62,316 bases of DNA from positions 1-62,316 of IMG/VR virus record IMGVR_UViG_3300025585_000044; one strand, written 5' to 3'. The notes beneath the pieces were generated by a model. The model was not told the DNA's origin. It did not search any database and saw nothing but the letters and a program-made list of their open reading frames with translations. The stretch is from a virus. Taxonomy: Duplodnaviria > Caudoviricetes. Of this stretch, positions 37,493-45,807 are shown piece after piece. The position numbers and the translations under genes are program-made. Each line of letters begins with the position of its first letter. Positions within the stretch are counted from its first letter, which is position 1.

Positions 37493-38000
37493 TTGCGTTG
37501 CATTGCGGAGCGTAGCGACGCGTTGCGCAGCGTCGCGCCGATAAATTGCCAAAAGAAACGTTGCGTTGCGCGGCGAGACGTAGCGTAGCGATGCGCTGCG
37601 ATGCGTCGCGGAGCGGGGCGAGGGTAAATTGCCAAAAGAAACGTTGCGTAGAGGTGCGGCGCGATGTGCTGCGATGCGCTGCGCAGGTAAGCAGACAAAA
37701 GAAACGTTGCGGTGCGTTGCGGAGCGGAGCGGAGCGACGTGTTGCGCGGCGTGGATAAACTGCCAAAAGAAACGTTGCGTTGCGTCGCGGTGCGCGGCGA
37801 TGCACTGCAATGCGGTGCGACGCGCAGCGGTGCGCGGCGGTGCGACGCGTAGCGGCGCGCGGCGCCGATAAATCGCCAAAAGAAACGTTGCGTTGCGTTG
37901 CGTTGCGCAGCGTAGCGCCGCGCAGCGAGGATAAATCGCCAAAAGAAACGTTGCGGAGCGTGGCGCCGCGCTGCGCCGCGATGAGATGCGCTGCGGCGTG
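37493..38000 (-). ncRNA. Repeat-separated array of phased CGC-NN pentamer tracts (candidate guide-RNA array, not canonical CRISPR)
   Basis: Six 20-nt repeats (plus strand ~RTAAATYGCCAAAAGAAACG at 37541, 37624, 37687, 37755, 37868, 37931) delimit seven tracts of 9, 12, 8, 9, 18, 8 and 10 NN-GCG pentamers. The structure is certain; the RNA call is inferred. Confidence 0.8.
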
Positions 38001-38021
38001 GAGCCCGATCAGACAATAAGT

Positions 38022-38061
38022 CAGCGCGCCCATGAAACGGCATTTCAATACAGGCGCGCTG
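38022..38061. promoter_or_regulatory. Stem-loop at the 5' end of the array
   Basis: cagcgcgcc...tgaaa-cggca-tttca...ggcgcgctg. Confidence 0.6.
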
Positions 38062-38069
38062 CAATTTTG

Positions 38070-38564
38070 TTATTCCTTCGAGAAAGCCTTCAGCGTTTCG
38101 CTAATTGGCAGCTCGCCCGATCTTCCTGCCACGGCGCGCGATGCTTTTTCAAGCTGGCCCTTGCGCGCCATGTAGGCAATGGCGCCAAAGAAGCTGATTT
38201 TAATCGTGTGGGCAATCTGAGCCGCCGGAGACAGCCTGCTGTAATCTTCAACGCAGGCCATTTTCTGCGCGGATCTTTTTGCATGCCGCCGGCTTTTTTC
38301 AACGAACTTGTCGCTGGCGGATGTTGCAAGCTCAGTGTCGTCAAGGCGTTTCAGTCCGACACTGCGAATTGCTTCGAACACCATGTGATTGTGCTTCACA
38401 AGAAATCGCCTGGCTGTAGCCAGATTGAAGGTCTGCCCGGAAACAGGTTTGCCGCAGGCCGCCGAAAGCTCCCCATATGTTACAACATCACCAATCTGCA
38501 TCCGCTTGAGGCGGTCGATCACTATGCGCGTCTCCGGCGCCATTTCCTTGATGTAGTCAGCCAT
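38070..38564 (-). CDS. Winged-helix-like accessory protein
   Basis: GDVVTYGELSAACG...ARRFL....FE.IR.VGL.R; RBS AAGGAG. Confidence 0.7.
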   Translation of the reverse strand: MADYIKEMAPETRIVIDRLKRMQIGDVVTYGELSAACGKPVSGQTFNLATARRFLVKHNHMVFEAIRSVGLKRLDDTELATSASDKFVEKSRRHAKRSAQKMACVEDYSRLSPAAQIAHTIKISFFGAIAYMARKGQLEKASRAVAGRSGELPISETLKAFSKE

Positions 38565-38582
38565 TTTGTTCTCCTTTTAAAT

Positions 38583-38637
38583 TTGCGTTGCGTTGCGAGT
38601 CGATGCGTCGCGATGCAGAGTGATGCGTTGCGCTGCG
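38583..38637 (-). repeat. Isolated tract of 11 CGC-NN pentamers
   Basis: ttgcg ttgcg ttgcg agtcg atgcg tcgcg atgca gagtg atgcg ttgcg ctgcg. Confidence 0.85.
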
Positions 38638-38646
38638 AAGATCATC

Positions 38647-39213
38647 CTAGATGTTCTGATACGTGTATTTTATTGCGCGGAAGCGCCCATTCAGCCCCCC
38701 GTTTTCCGGGCGGAACCGCCCAAGGCCAATGAACCTCCCTGCCTCATCAAAGTGACGCTCAAATACCTTGGGCGTCACGGTGTCATCCAATATGGCGAAA
38801 ACAACAGTCCCCTTCCATGTCGGCACCTGAGGAAACGTGCGATTGACGCGCTTCCCGGATCCACGAACGCCGTCGCTATTGGCGCTGATGGTAATGGAGG
38901 GAACGGTGGCCTTGAACCAGCCAATGGGGACGTCGCTCTCGCAGATCACGCCTCCCTTGAAGTGTTTAGTGTAGGTGGCCTTCCCCTTGCCGGGGATTTG
39001 GTCGCCAAGGCGCTTGGCGACGGAGTCGAGGGCCTGTTTGAAGCCCATTGCGGGGATAACGATCTCCCCCGCGTCGTTTGTGCTGCACTTCTCCCGCCAT
39101 GTTCGCTCTTCGTAGTCCTCATGGCTTTCCTTCTCTAAATACGGCGTGCCGTGTTTGAGAGATTGCGAGTAGGGGGACGTGCCTTCGAACTCGATGGTTA
39201 CAAGCTTTGGCAT
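38647..39213 (-). CDS. Stand-alone Cas7/RAMP-like (RRM-fold) protein
   Basis: N-terminal strand + GTSP, IVIPAMGFKQAL (like RAMP IP.S.LKG.L), thumb-like insert, W.G.V.F.I, C-terminal Gly loop AGRFIGLGRFRPENGGLNGRF. Confidence 0.75.
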   Translation of the reverse strand: MPKLVTIEFEGTSPYSQSLKHGTPYLEKESHEDYEERTWREKCSTNDAGEIVIPAMGFKQALDSVAKRLGDQIPGKGKATYTKHFKGGVICESDVPIGWFKATVPSITISANSDGVRGSGKRVNRTFPQVPTWKGTVVFAILDDTVTPKVFERHFDEAGRFIGLGRFRPENGGLNGRFRAIKYTYQNI

Positions 39214-39363
39214 ATTTCAACCTCTATGATGCAGATAATCAGGCAACAAATTGCCGCCGATCTTTTCCGTATGACTAGGCAAAATTTTTTGTCAAGCGTC
39301 TCTTTGCGGCTTGACTGCCCCCGCAGCCATATGCATGGTCCAGAAGATGATCATTGAGGCTAC

Positions 39364-40116
39364 ATGAAAAACCCGTTTGAAATCCACAACATACAGCATC
39401 TGTCGCCATCTACGTGCAACACATTCATTGGCAGCCCGGCGACTTTTGTGATGGAGAAGCTACTAAAGAGGCGCGGTCAGGTTGGCTGCGCCGCCTTCCG
39501 GGGGACGGCGACTGAGGCCGGCGTTGTTCATGGTTTGCTGACGGGGGCCACAGATGACGAATGCATCAAAGTTGCAAACGAGGAATTTTATAAGCTTTCT
39601 GCGCTCTCCCAGGATCCGGCCAAGAGCAAGGAACAGGCTGCTGTTCCGGATATGGTGCGCGTCGCTCTGGCAGAGCTTAGGGGCTACGGGCCTCCGACAT
39701 CCACGCAAGGAAAAATTGAGTATCGGTTCGACGGGTTGCTTGTCCCGTTTATCGGTTACTATGACGTCGCGTGGGAAAATCACAAGATTATCGTAGACCT
39801 GAAAACTACACATGCAATACCGTCGAAGATCAAAACCAATCACGCGCGTCAGGTTGCCCTATACACTGCGGCGAAGGGTAAAGATTTCGATCCTCGCATT
39901 GCTTACGTCAGCACAAAGAAGTCCGCAGTCTACAGGCTTGAAGACGTAGACCAGCATGTTGCCGCCTTGGGGAAAATAGGGCTTGCAATCCAGAAATTCA
40001 TATCTATGAGCGATGATCCGATGGAGCTCGCGTCGCTTGTTGTTCCCGACGTAGACAGTTTTTACTTCAACGACCCGCTTACACGACAGGCGGCGTTTGA
40101 GATTTGGGGCATGTAG
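39364..40116 (+). CDS. PD-(D/E)XK exonuclease (RecB-family)
   Basis: HLSPS, GYYD, IVDLKTT, QVALY. Confidence 0.8.
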   Translation: MKNPFEIHNIQHLSPSTCNTFIGSPATFVMEKLLKRRGQVGCAAFRGTATEAGVVHGLLTGATDDECIKVANEEFYKLSALSQDPAKSKEQAAVPDMVRVALAELRGYGPPTSTQGKIEYRFDGLLVPFIGYYDVAWENHKIIVDLKTTHAIPSKIKTNHARQVALYTAAKGKDFDPRIAYVSTKKSAVYRLEDVDQHVAALGKIGLAIQKFISMSDDPMELASLVVPDVDSFYFNDPLTRQAAFEIWGM

Positions 40117-40187
40117 TCCCGCAGAGCTTGGCCCGAACCGGGCAAGAGCAAGCAGCAAGCTAGATTGCTGCAACAGGAGAGTAGAAC

Positions 40188-40829
40188 ATGGGTATCGGCA
40201 TCAATTATGAAACCAATAGCGCTGACTTTCTTCCGATCATTAAATATGATGCGCGGGCGGGTCGTCTGACGCGCGTGGATCGCGTCAACGGCGAAAGCAT
40301 CCCGACTGATATCACTTCGGGGTTCAAGGCCGTCTTTGATCTGGAAAACCTTGAGACTGGCTGGATCGACTTTGAGAGCGGGGCGCCGCAGTATGTTTTG
40401 ACGCGCCTTGGGTCTGGACCCAAGCCTGAGAAGCCTGGCGACAAATACCGCGAAGGCATTCGCTGCCTTGTAAAGCTTGGTAAGGACTTTGGCGGCGATG
40501 TTCGCGAGATCAGTTCAACGGCAAAGGCTTTTTTGCGTGGGTTTGATAAGTTGCACGATGACTACAAGGCTGCGTCTGCGGAAAACCCCGGTAAGTTGCC
40601 GGTGGTTGAGTTGAGCCGCACCGCGCCTCACACGACGGGTGAGGGGGCCCGTAAGTCGACGAACTACGTTCCCGAGTTCAGGATCGTCAGCTGGGTGGCT
40701 CGTCCTGGCGATCTTGTTTACAAGGAGCGTGGTTCGTCGACAAGAAATGCGTCGACGCACGCCACGCCGCCCAGCACCGGGGCCACAAAGGTTGCCGCCC
40801 CGGCTGGCGGCGGCGATCTTGGCTGGTAA
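40188..40829 (+). CDS. Putative ssDNA-binding/annealing protein
   Basis: Follows the exonuclease; aromatic/beta core, NY.P.F.IV.W..RP, flexible tail ending DLGW. Confidence 0.55.
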   Translation: MGIGINYETNSADFLPIIKYDARAGRLTRVDRVNGESIPTDITSGFKAVFDLENLETGWIDFESGAPQYVLTRLGSGPKPEKPGDKYREGIRCLVKLGKDFGGDVREISSTAKAFLRGFDKLHDDYKAASAENPGKLPVVELSRTAPHTTGEGARKSTNYVPEFRIVSWVARPGDLVYKERGSSTRNASTHATPPSTGATKVAAPAGGGDLGW

Positions 40830-40883
40830 ATGATTTGTGGGGGCGGCCTTGCGCCGCCTCCGCTGTCCACATCAGGGGAAACC

Positions 40884-41183
40884 ATGCGCTTTTGGGTGAT
40901 CATGAATATGCCGTCATACAACGGCAACGCTGTCCACCAGATGCATGTGGATCACAAGGAGTCAAATAGCCTTGAGGACTTTGTAAAAGCCTTGACGACA
41001 AATGATTTTGTCGTTGTCGAGGAGTTTTACAGAGACAGGCCGGATGCGGACCACTATAGCGCTGGCTACGTTGCGATAAACCATCGTTACGTCGGCAAAA
41101 TAAAAGTATTTAATAAACATGAAAATGGAGAAAGGCATCATGCACCACAAAGAAACCCTCCTTACCGCCGCCAGAATTATTGA
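40884..41183 (+). CDS. Hypothetical protein
   Basis: Start MRFWVIMN after AGGGG. Confidence 0.55.
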   Translation: MRFWVIMNMPSYNGNAVHQMHVDHKESNSLEDFVKALTTNDFVVVEEFYRDRPDADHYSAGYVAINHRYVGKIKVFNKHENGERHHAPQRNPPYRRQNY

Positions 41184-41484
41184 CGAGCGCCAGCAGCAGT
41201 ATGGGTCGCCTGACACTTGTTTTTACAAGGCCGTGGAAATTGCAAATGCCGTTATCGGCGGCAATCACAAATACACAGAGCGAGAGCTTGCATTGATCCT
41301 GCTATGCGTGAAGCTTGCTCGCATGCAGGAAAACAATACGCTTGAGGACAATTACTTTGACGCCATCAACTACCTTGCATTTGCCGGGCAGTTCTCAATT
41401 GACGCGTCTGACATAAAGTCAAAGCTCCCAAGACCCAAGGCGTCAATAAATCTTGACCGGCTTGAGACCGACATAACGCGTTAA
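41140..41484 (+). CDS. DUF6378-like (helical NTP-pyrophosphatase-type) protein
   Basis: ER..QYG.P...F...VKLAR......DNY.DAINYLA. Confidence 0.7.
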   Translation: MHHKETLLTAARIIDERQQQYGSPDTCFYKAVEIANAVIGGNHKYTERELALILLCVKLARMQENNTLEDNYFDAINYLAFAGQFSIDASDIKSKLPRPKASINLDRLETDITR

Positions 41485-41730
41485 CAGTAATGGGCCGCGC
41501 GTGTCGCGGCCCTGTTTGTTTGGAGGCTATATGCGTAGTATCATATTAAACATAGAAAAGGGAGCGTTTTACATGATTATGATTTTGTGTCTGACACTTG
41601 CTCTGGCGGCATGCGTTGAGCGGTTAAATGTTGACACCAATGGCTATCAAAGCCGCAGGGTGGTTACCGGCAAAGGCGTTGAGTGCATCAAGACCGGCGA
41701 TTACTATGTTAAATGCGGGGAGCGGCGATA

Positions 41731-41952
41731 ATGGAAAGGGCCGAGGATGAAGTCTTGCGCCTGCATGGCGTTATAAAAATCCTTGAGGATAGGCTCGACA
41801 CAGAGAGGCGCGCATACATTGATGAGGTTGCGCGCCTCAACAATCAGCTGCATCGAATGAATACAACTATGATGCGCATCAGGCATAGCGCCTCTGATTT
41901 TTCTGATGTCATGTCTATTATAAGAGAGCACGAAACATACTGGGGGGCATAA
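41731..41952 (+). CDS. Coiled-coil hypothetical protein
   Basis: MERAEDEV..; coupled to the GcrA-like gene. Confidence 0.55.
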   Translation: MERAEDEVLRLHGVIKILEDRLDTERRAYIDEVARLNNQLHRMNTTMMRIRHSASDFSDVMSIIREHETYWGA

Positions 41953-42449
41953 TGGACGAAAGCCTTAAGCAGGGAATAATCAGGCTTTGGAACGAGGGAA
42001 AGACTGGCGCCGAAATAGCGGAAATTTTTGGTGTAACGAGAAATTCCGTTCTTGGTTTTGTTCATAGAATGCGAAAAAAGGGTTACGATGTTCACCAAAA
42101 AGCGGAAGCGAGACCGGCAAAGGCGCGGCCCCCAAAGCCAAGCGCCGCTCCTGCTAAAATCCTTCCCGATTTGGAGGAAGATATGATCGAGGAATGCATT
42201 GGCGACGAAGGTTCTGTTGCCTCCGTTTTTGATCAATACTTCTCCACTCCGCCATCTGGCAAGACGCTGATGTTTCTTAATATGGCATCATGCAGATTTA
42301 TTGTTTCGCCAGATGGCGCGGAAACAGCAATATACTGCGGGGAAAAAATAGCTCGACGCTCATACTGCAAGGATCATGCAGATCTATGCTACACCCCAAT
42401 ACGTCCGGCAAAAGATAGGTTTAGTATCAATATGCGCTTTCCGCAATAA
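41952..42449 (+). CDS. gcrA: GcrA-like transcription regulator
   Basis: LW.EG.T..EIA..FGVTRNSVLG..HR and C-terminal CRF....YCG.....SYC..H...CY. Confidence 0.85.
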   Translation: MDESLKQGIIRLWNEGKTGAEIAEIFGVTRNSVLGFVHRMRKKGYDVHQKAEARPAKARPPKPSAAPAKILPDLEEDMIEECIGDEGSVASVFDQYFSTPPSGKTLMFLNMASCRFIVSPDGAETAIYCGEKIARRSYCKDHADLCYTPIRPAKDRFSINMRFPQ

Positions 42450-42562
42450 GGTGGTAAAAGGCGTTTCCGCATTTTGCCGCATATATTGCCACCCCAATGG
42501 CGAGGAAAAGCTTTGCTATAAATAGCAGTTTTTCAAAGTCATTGGGGTGCATCATCATTTAA

Positions 42563-43426
42563 TCAGGTCTTGATGCAAAAGAGCGTTGCATAGTTTTTTG
42601 GACGCGTTTCTGTGCTTCCGGTCGTTGATGCATTTACCGTTATGCCTGTTGCTGATGAGTTGGTTGTGCGTGTGCCGGTATTATAGAGAAGTCCGGATCC
42701 AAGAGGATATGCCTTGTCGTCGCCGGATTGCGCAAATGACATAGTGTGCGTGTGCTCTGGGTCTGTAATTGCGTGACTGTGATTGAGGTAGGCATCTGCT
42801 TCATATGTTCCAACAGTTCTTGGCGACGGATTTAATCCCGCGCCGGAGCCTCTGACAAATGCTCCACGAAGGTCCGGAACATTAAACGTTGTGGTTCCGT
42901 CTCCCACGCCCCACGCCGTTGAAATAGCCTGGAACAACGCCGAATACGTTGACCGGGAAACAGCCGCGCCGTCGCATAAAATAAAGCCTGTTGGCGCCGA
43001 TGTTCCCCCGTAGGAAATAATCGTTCCCGGCTGCGTAAACGGCATGGCGTATCCAACATTTGTGCCGTCGCTGTAAATAAAAACAGTGCTTCCGCGTGGC
43101 GGCGTTATGCTTGTTCCGCCTCCGAGAGAAGATATTGTCAGGTATCGAATGACTGCGGAAGACGCGTCGCTGGTGCCGTTTGTAACAATCCAGAAGCCGC
43201 CAACTCCGGCCGGGAAAGAAATGGTGACATTATTGCTGAGCGTTCCGTTGAAAAACAAACGCATTGATTGATACTCAGCCGTCGCCAGTGTGTAAGCAGA
43301 CGTGTTTGAAATTGTCGCCGTGCCACCAAATGCGCTGTCTATGTAGCCAAAGTTATTGTTAAGCGGCACATCCCATGTCCCGGAATTATACGCAGGCTGA
43401 TTGAGATTTTTATTTGTTGTGGGCAT
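42563..43426 (-). CDS. Tail collar domain fibre protein
   Basis: PGTI......P.GF.LCDG.AVSR.TY..LF..I...WG.GDG.TTFNVPDLRG.F.RG; ETRP.N. Confidence 0.88.
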   Translation of the reverse strand: MPTTNKNLNQPAYNSGTWDVPLNNNFGYIDSAFGGTATISNTSAYTLATAEYQSMRLFFNGTLSNNVTISFPAGVGGFWIVTNGTSDASSAVIRYLTISSLGGGTSITPPRGSTVFIYSDGTNVGYAMPFTQPGTIISYGGTSAPTGFILCDGAAVSRSTYSALFQAISTAWGVGDGTTTFNVPDLRGAFVRGSGAGLNPSPRTVGTYEADAYLNHSHAITDPEHTHTMSFAQSGDDKAYPLGSGLLYNTGTRTTNSSATGITVNASTTGSTETRPKNYATLFCIKT

Positions 43427-43430
43427 GGCT

Positions 43431-45806
43431 TCAAATGCTCCTGCTTGCTATCTCAAGCGCCTTCACAACATGCTCGTCGGGGGCCTTGAGGATGTCCTTC
43501 GTGCCAGCGTTGTTTTTGTTTTTCGCGCGCTCAACGGCGGCCATCAACATATCTGCGGTCATGCCCGGGGCGCGGCCACCTGTTGCGCGGCCCTCGCGCT
43601 CTCTGGCTTGCTCGCCAAGCGGCAGCAGCGTCCTGAACTCCGGGAAGCTGTAGGGGCGCGGAAGATTTCGCGGAGGCAAATTGGCCGCCGCCTCCGCCGC
43701 AAGCTGCGACCCCTCCATGCCCTTGCGACGAGAATACATGCCGGCTGCAAGAAGAAGCGGCGCCCGGAGGCTTTCCGGAACCATCTTTGACAGGATGCCC
43801 GTCGCCATTTCCGCAACAATAGGGGCGGAGAACCATGCCGCCTGCTGAATTGTCCCCAGCCGCTCTGGCGTTAATTCACTTGGCTTACGCGCGATTGTGC
43901 GCATGACATCAGCGTATCGCGCCAGAGTGGCCCGCTCCGCGTCGCTCAAAACAGATTTCGAGAACGAGGCGGCGTTTCCTTTCAGAAACGCGTCAATTTG
44001 CTTTGCCGTGTCAGCAAAATGCGCCGGCGTTGCTTTTTCCGACACGCCAAGGACCGGCGTCATCATTTGACTGATGAATGAGCTTTTGATGTCCTGCAGC
44101 TCCGGGGCATTGGGCCCAACGGCGCGACGGATCTGATTAAAGACTTTCAAGGCATTCGCCTTGGCCGTCACGTCTCCGCTGCCTGCGAAGTTAAACATCA
44201 TGCGGGCGACGTCTTCAGATGTCCTGTTGCGCTCCAGAATGTCGCGCATCATGTTGCCGGCGTCGTCGCCCGTTCTCTTCACGCCATACTTGTTTTGGTA
44301 ATCGGAGAAAAGTTTTCGCGCCTTGCGCCAGTCATCAACAACATCAGGGCCGCCGGAGAAGGAGCCATCAAGCAGTTTGCCCTCAATGTAGCGGTCGTAA
44401 TCCTCGATGAGCCGGCGAATGCCTGCCTTTTCGGTCGATGTCGACGCCTTCTCAAGAGCGGTGTTAAGGCCCTTGCGTGCGCCCTCGACAGCCTGAAAGT
44501 TCTGCCACAAAACCTTGACGCCGCCGGGGCCTTCAATTGTCTGCCCAAGGCTTTTGTTTAATTGCTCAGCCGCAGACTGAACAAACGGCTCGTGATAGAG
44601 ATGCTGCGCCTTGGGGTCGACAGCAAGATTTTGCAGAAGACGGTCGCCGACGTTTGTGATTGCCTCGCGGGAGAATTTTCCCGGGGCCTGCTCCGCGACC
44701 TTGTATGCAGATTGATACTGCGCCTTTAGCTTTGCGGCATTTGATACGCCGCGCGAAACAGCAGCATCAATTGCCTCCCTGACGCCAATAGGAGCCCGGC
44801 CCGTTGCCTGCTCCGCAAATTGCTCGGCGGCTCCCTTCGCCTGCTCCGCAATCGGCCCGTATTCCCCGTGCTTGATTTCGTGGGTTAGTTGAGCCGGGTC
44901 CTCCGTCACCATGCCGCGCTTTGGCTCAATGCCAAATTCACGGAAAGGGGCCTCGCGCGCCGCCTCTTTTGTCAGGCCGCGCTGCTCAAATGTCTGAACA
45001 AGTTGCGGCGCCAAATCGCGTATCTGGGACGCCGTCAAACCGGCTTCTGTCGCAATGCGGACTGCCTCTTCCGTAAGATTTCCGCTGGCGTCAATGACTG
45101 GCTTGCCGCCAAAAAGAAGACGCGTGAGGCCGGAAGCGGCGCTCTCAAGGATTGGGGCTCCAATGCCGCCGGCGGCGGCTCCAATGAGCCCCTCCCTTAT
45201 GGCGTCTGACCACTGATTTTTTTCGGCCGCGCCGGACAGGAAGCCCATTGTGCCCCCGGTCAGGGCTCCTGACGCCATTGCTCCGGCTTCAGGCGCCAGA
45301 ACAGGTAAAGTAGCCATGCCAGCGCCAAGACCGGCAGCAGTGCCAAGAGCGCCTGCCCCAGGAGCCTTCTCGCGCGCCGTGCGGCCAAGACCCACGACCT
45401 CTTCCCGGGTTTTCTCAAAGGGCTGTTCCGCAAATCGCTCATAGCCAGAGACCCCAAGCTTACCCAGTCCCTTGGCTCCAAGGGCCACGGCAGAGGGAAA
45501 GACACCCGGGGCCATTGTTTCGCCAAAGCCTGTGGCGCCGGCCAGAAGCGGCGGCGACACAGATGGCTGCGTCATTTTCTCATAAGCCTCTCGGGCCTGA
45601 GCCTCGTCGCGCCCTTCCTGCCGAGATGATGGCGCGGCAGAAGTGTCCCGACGAGGCGGCAATGGAGCAGCTGTTTTTGGCGGGGCAGGAGGGGCAGGAG
45701 GGGCAGGAGGAGCCACCGGCTCCTGAAACGGTTGCCACCCCATCATCTGCCGCATGAGATCGCGGTTGTAGAGGGGATTGGCGCTGTAATCTTCTTTCTC
45801 GGCCAT
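43431..45806 (-). CDS. Putative internal/ejection (DNA transfer) protein
   Basis: 791 aa, helical, with Gly/Ala hydrophobic segments; podovirus ejection cluster position. Confidence 0.6.
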   Translation of the reverse strand: MAEKEDYSANPLYNRDLMRQMMGWQPFQEPVAPPAPPAPPAPPKTAAPLPPRRDTSAAPSSRQEGRDEAQAREAYEKMTQPSVSPPLLAGATGFGETMAPGVFPSAVALGAKGLGKLGVSGYERFAEQPFEKTREEVVGLGRTAREKAPGAGALGTAAGLGAGMATLPVLAPEAGAMASGALTGGTMGFLSGAAEKNQWSDAIREGLIGAAAGGIGAPILESAASGLTRLLFGGKPVIDASGNLTEEAVRIATEAGLTASQIRDLAPQLVQTFEQRGLTKEAAREAPFREFGIEPKRGMVTEDPAQLTHEIKHGEYGPIAEQAKGAAEQFAEQATGRAPIGVREAIDAAVSRGVSNAAKLKAQYQSAYKVAEQAPGKFSREAITNVGDRLLQNLAVDPKAQHLYHEPFVQSAAEQLNKSLGQTIEGPGGVKVLWQNFQAVEGARKGLNTALEKASTSTEKAGIRRLIEDYDRYIEGKLLDGSFSGGPDVVDDWRKARKLFSDYQNKYGVKRTGDDAGNMMRDILERNRTSEDVARMMFNFAGSGDVTAKANALKVFNQIRRAVGPNAPELQDIKSSFISQMMTPVLGVSEKATPAHFADTAKQIDAFLKGNAASFSKSVLSDAERATLARYADVMRTIARKPSELTPERLGTIQQAAWFSAPIVAEMATGILSKMVPESLRAPLLLAAGMYSRRKGMEGSQLAAEAAANLPPRNLPRPYSFPEFRTLLPLGEQAREREGRATGGRAPGMTADMLMAAVERAKNKNNAGTKDILKAPDEHVVKALEIASRSI

Positions 45807-45807
45807 T

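Noticed and set aside
37493-38000. Canonical CRISPR array
   Set aside because: Repeats are only 20 nt, inter-repeat lengths vary from 43 to 93 nt in steps of 5, the 'spacers' are 60% fixed sequence, and no cas1/cas2 is present.
37493-38000. Simple microsatellite or assembly artefact
   Set aside because: Dinucleotides vary freely while triplet and register are kept, units differ from each other, and a separate tract exists at 38583.
37337-38064. Arg/Ala-rich ORFs over the array (37337-37942, 37476-38048, plus-strand ORFs, and the N-terminal extension of 37018-38064)
   Set aside because: Several frames are open only because the repeats lack stops; a 5-nt period is not codon-compatible; RuvC has its own RBS and ATG at 37479.
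23198-39363. Self-targets of the decoded NN strings (partial matches near 39342, 23207 and 30731)
   Set aside because: Only short or partial matches expected by chance; a systematic search could not be run.
39364-40116. Cas4 belonging to the RAMP locus
   Set aside because: No four-cysteine Fe-S motif, divergently transcribed, and paired with an SSB-like gene as in ordinary phage recombination modules.
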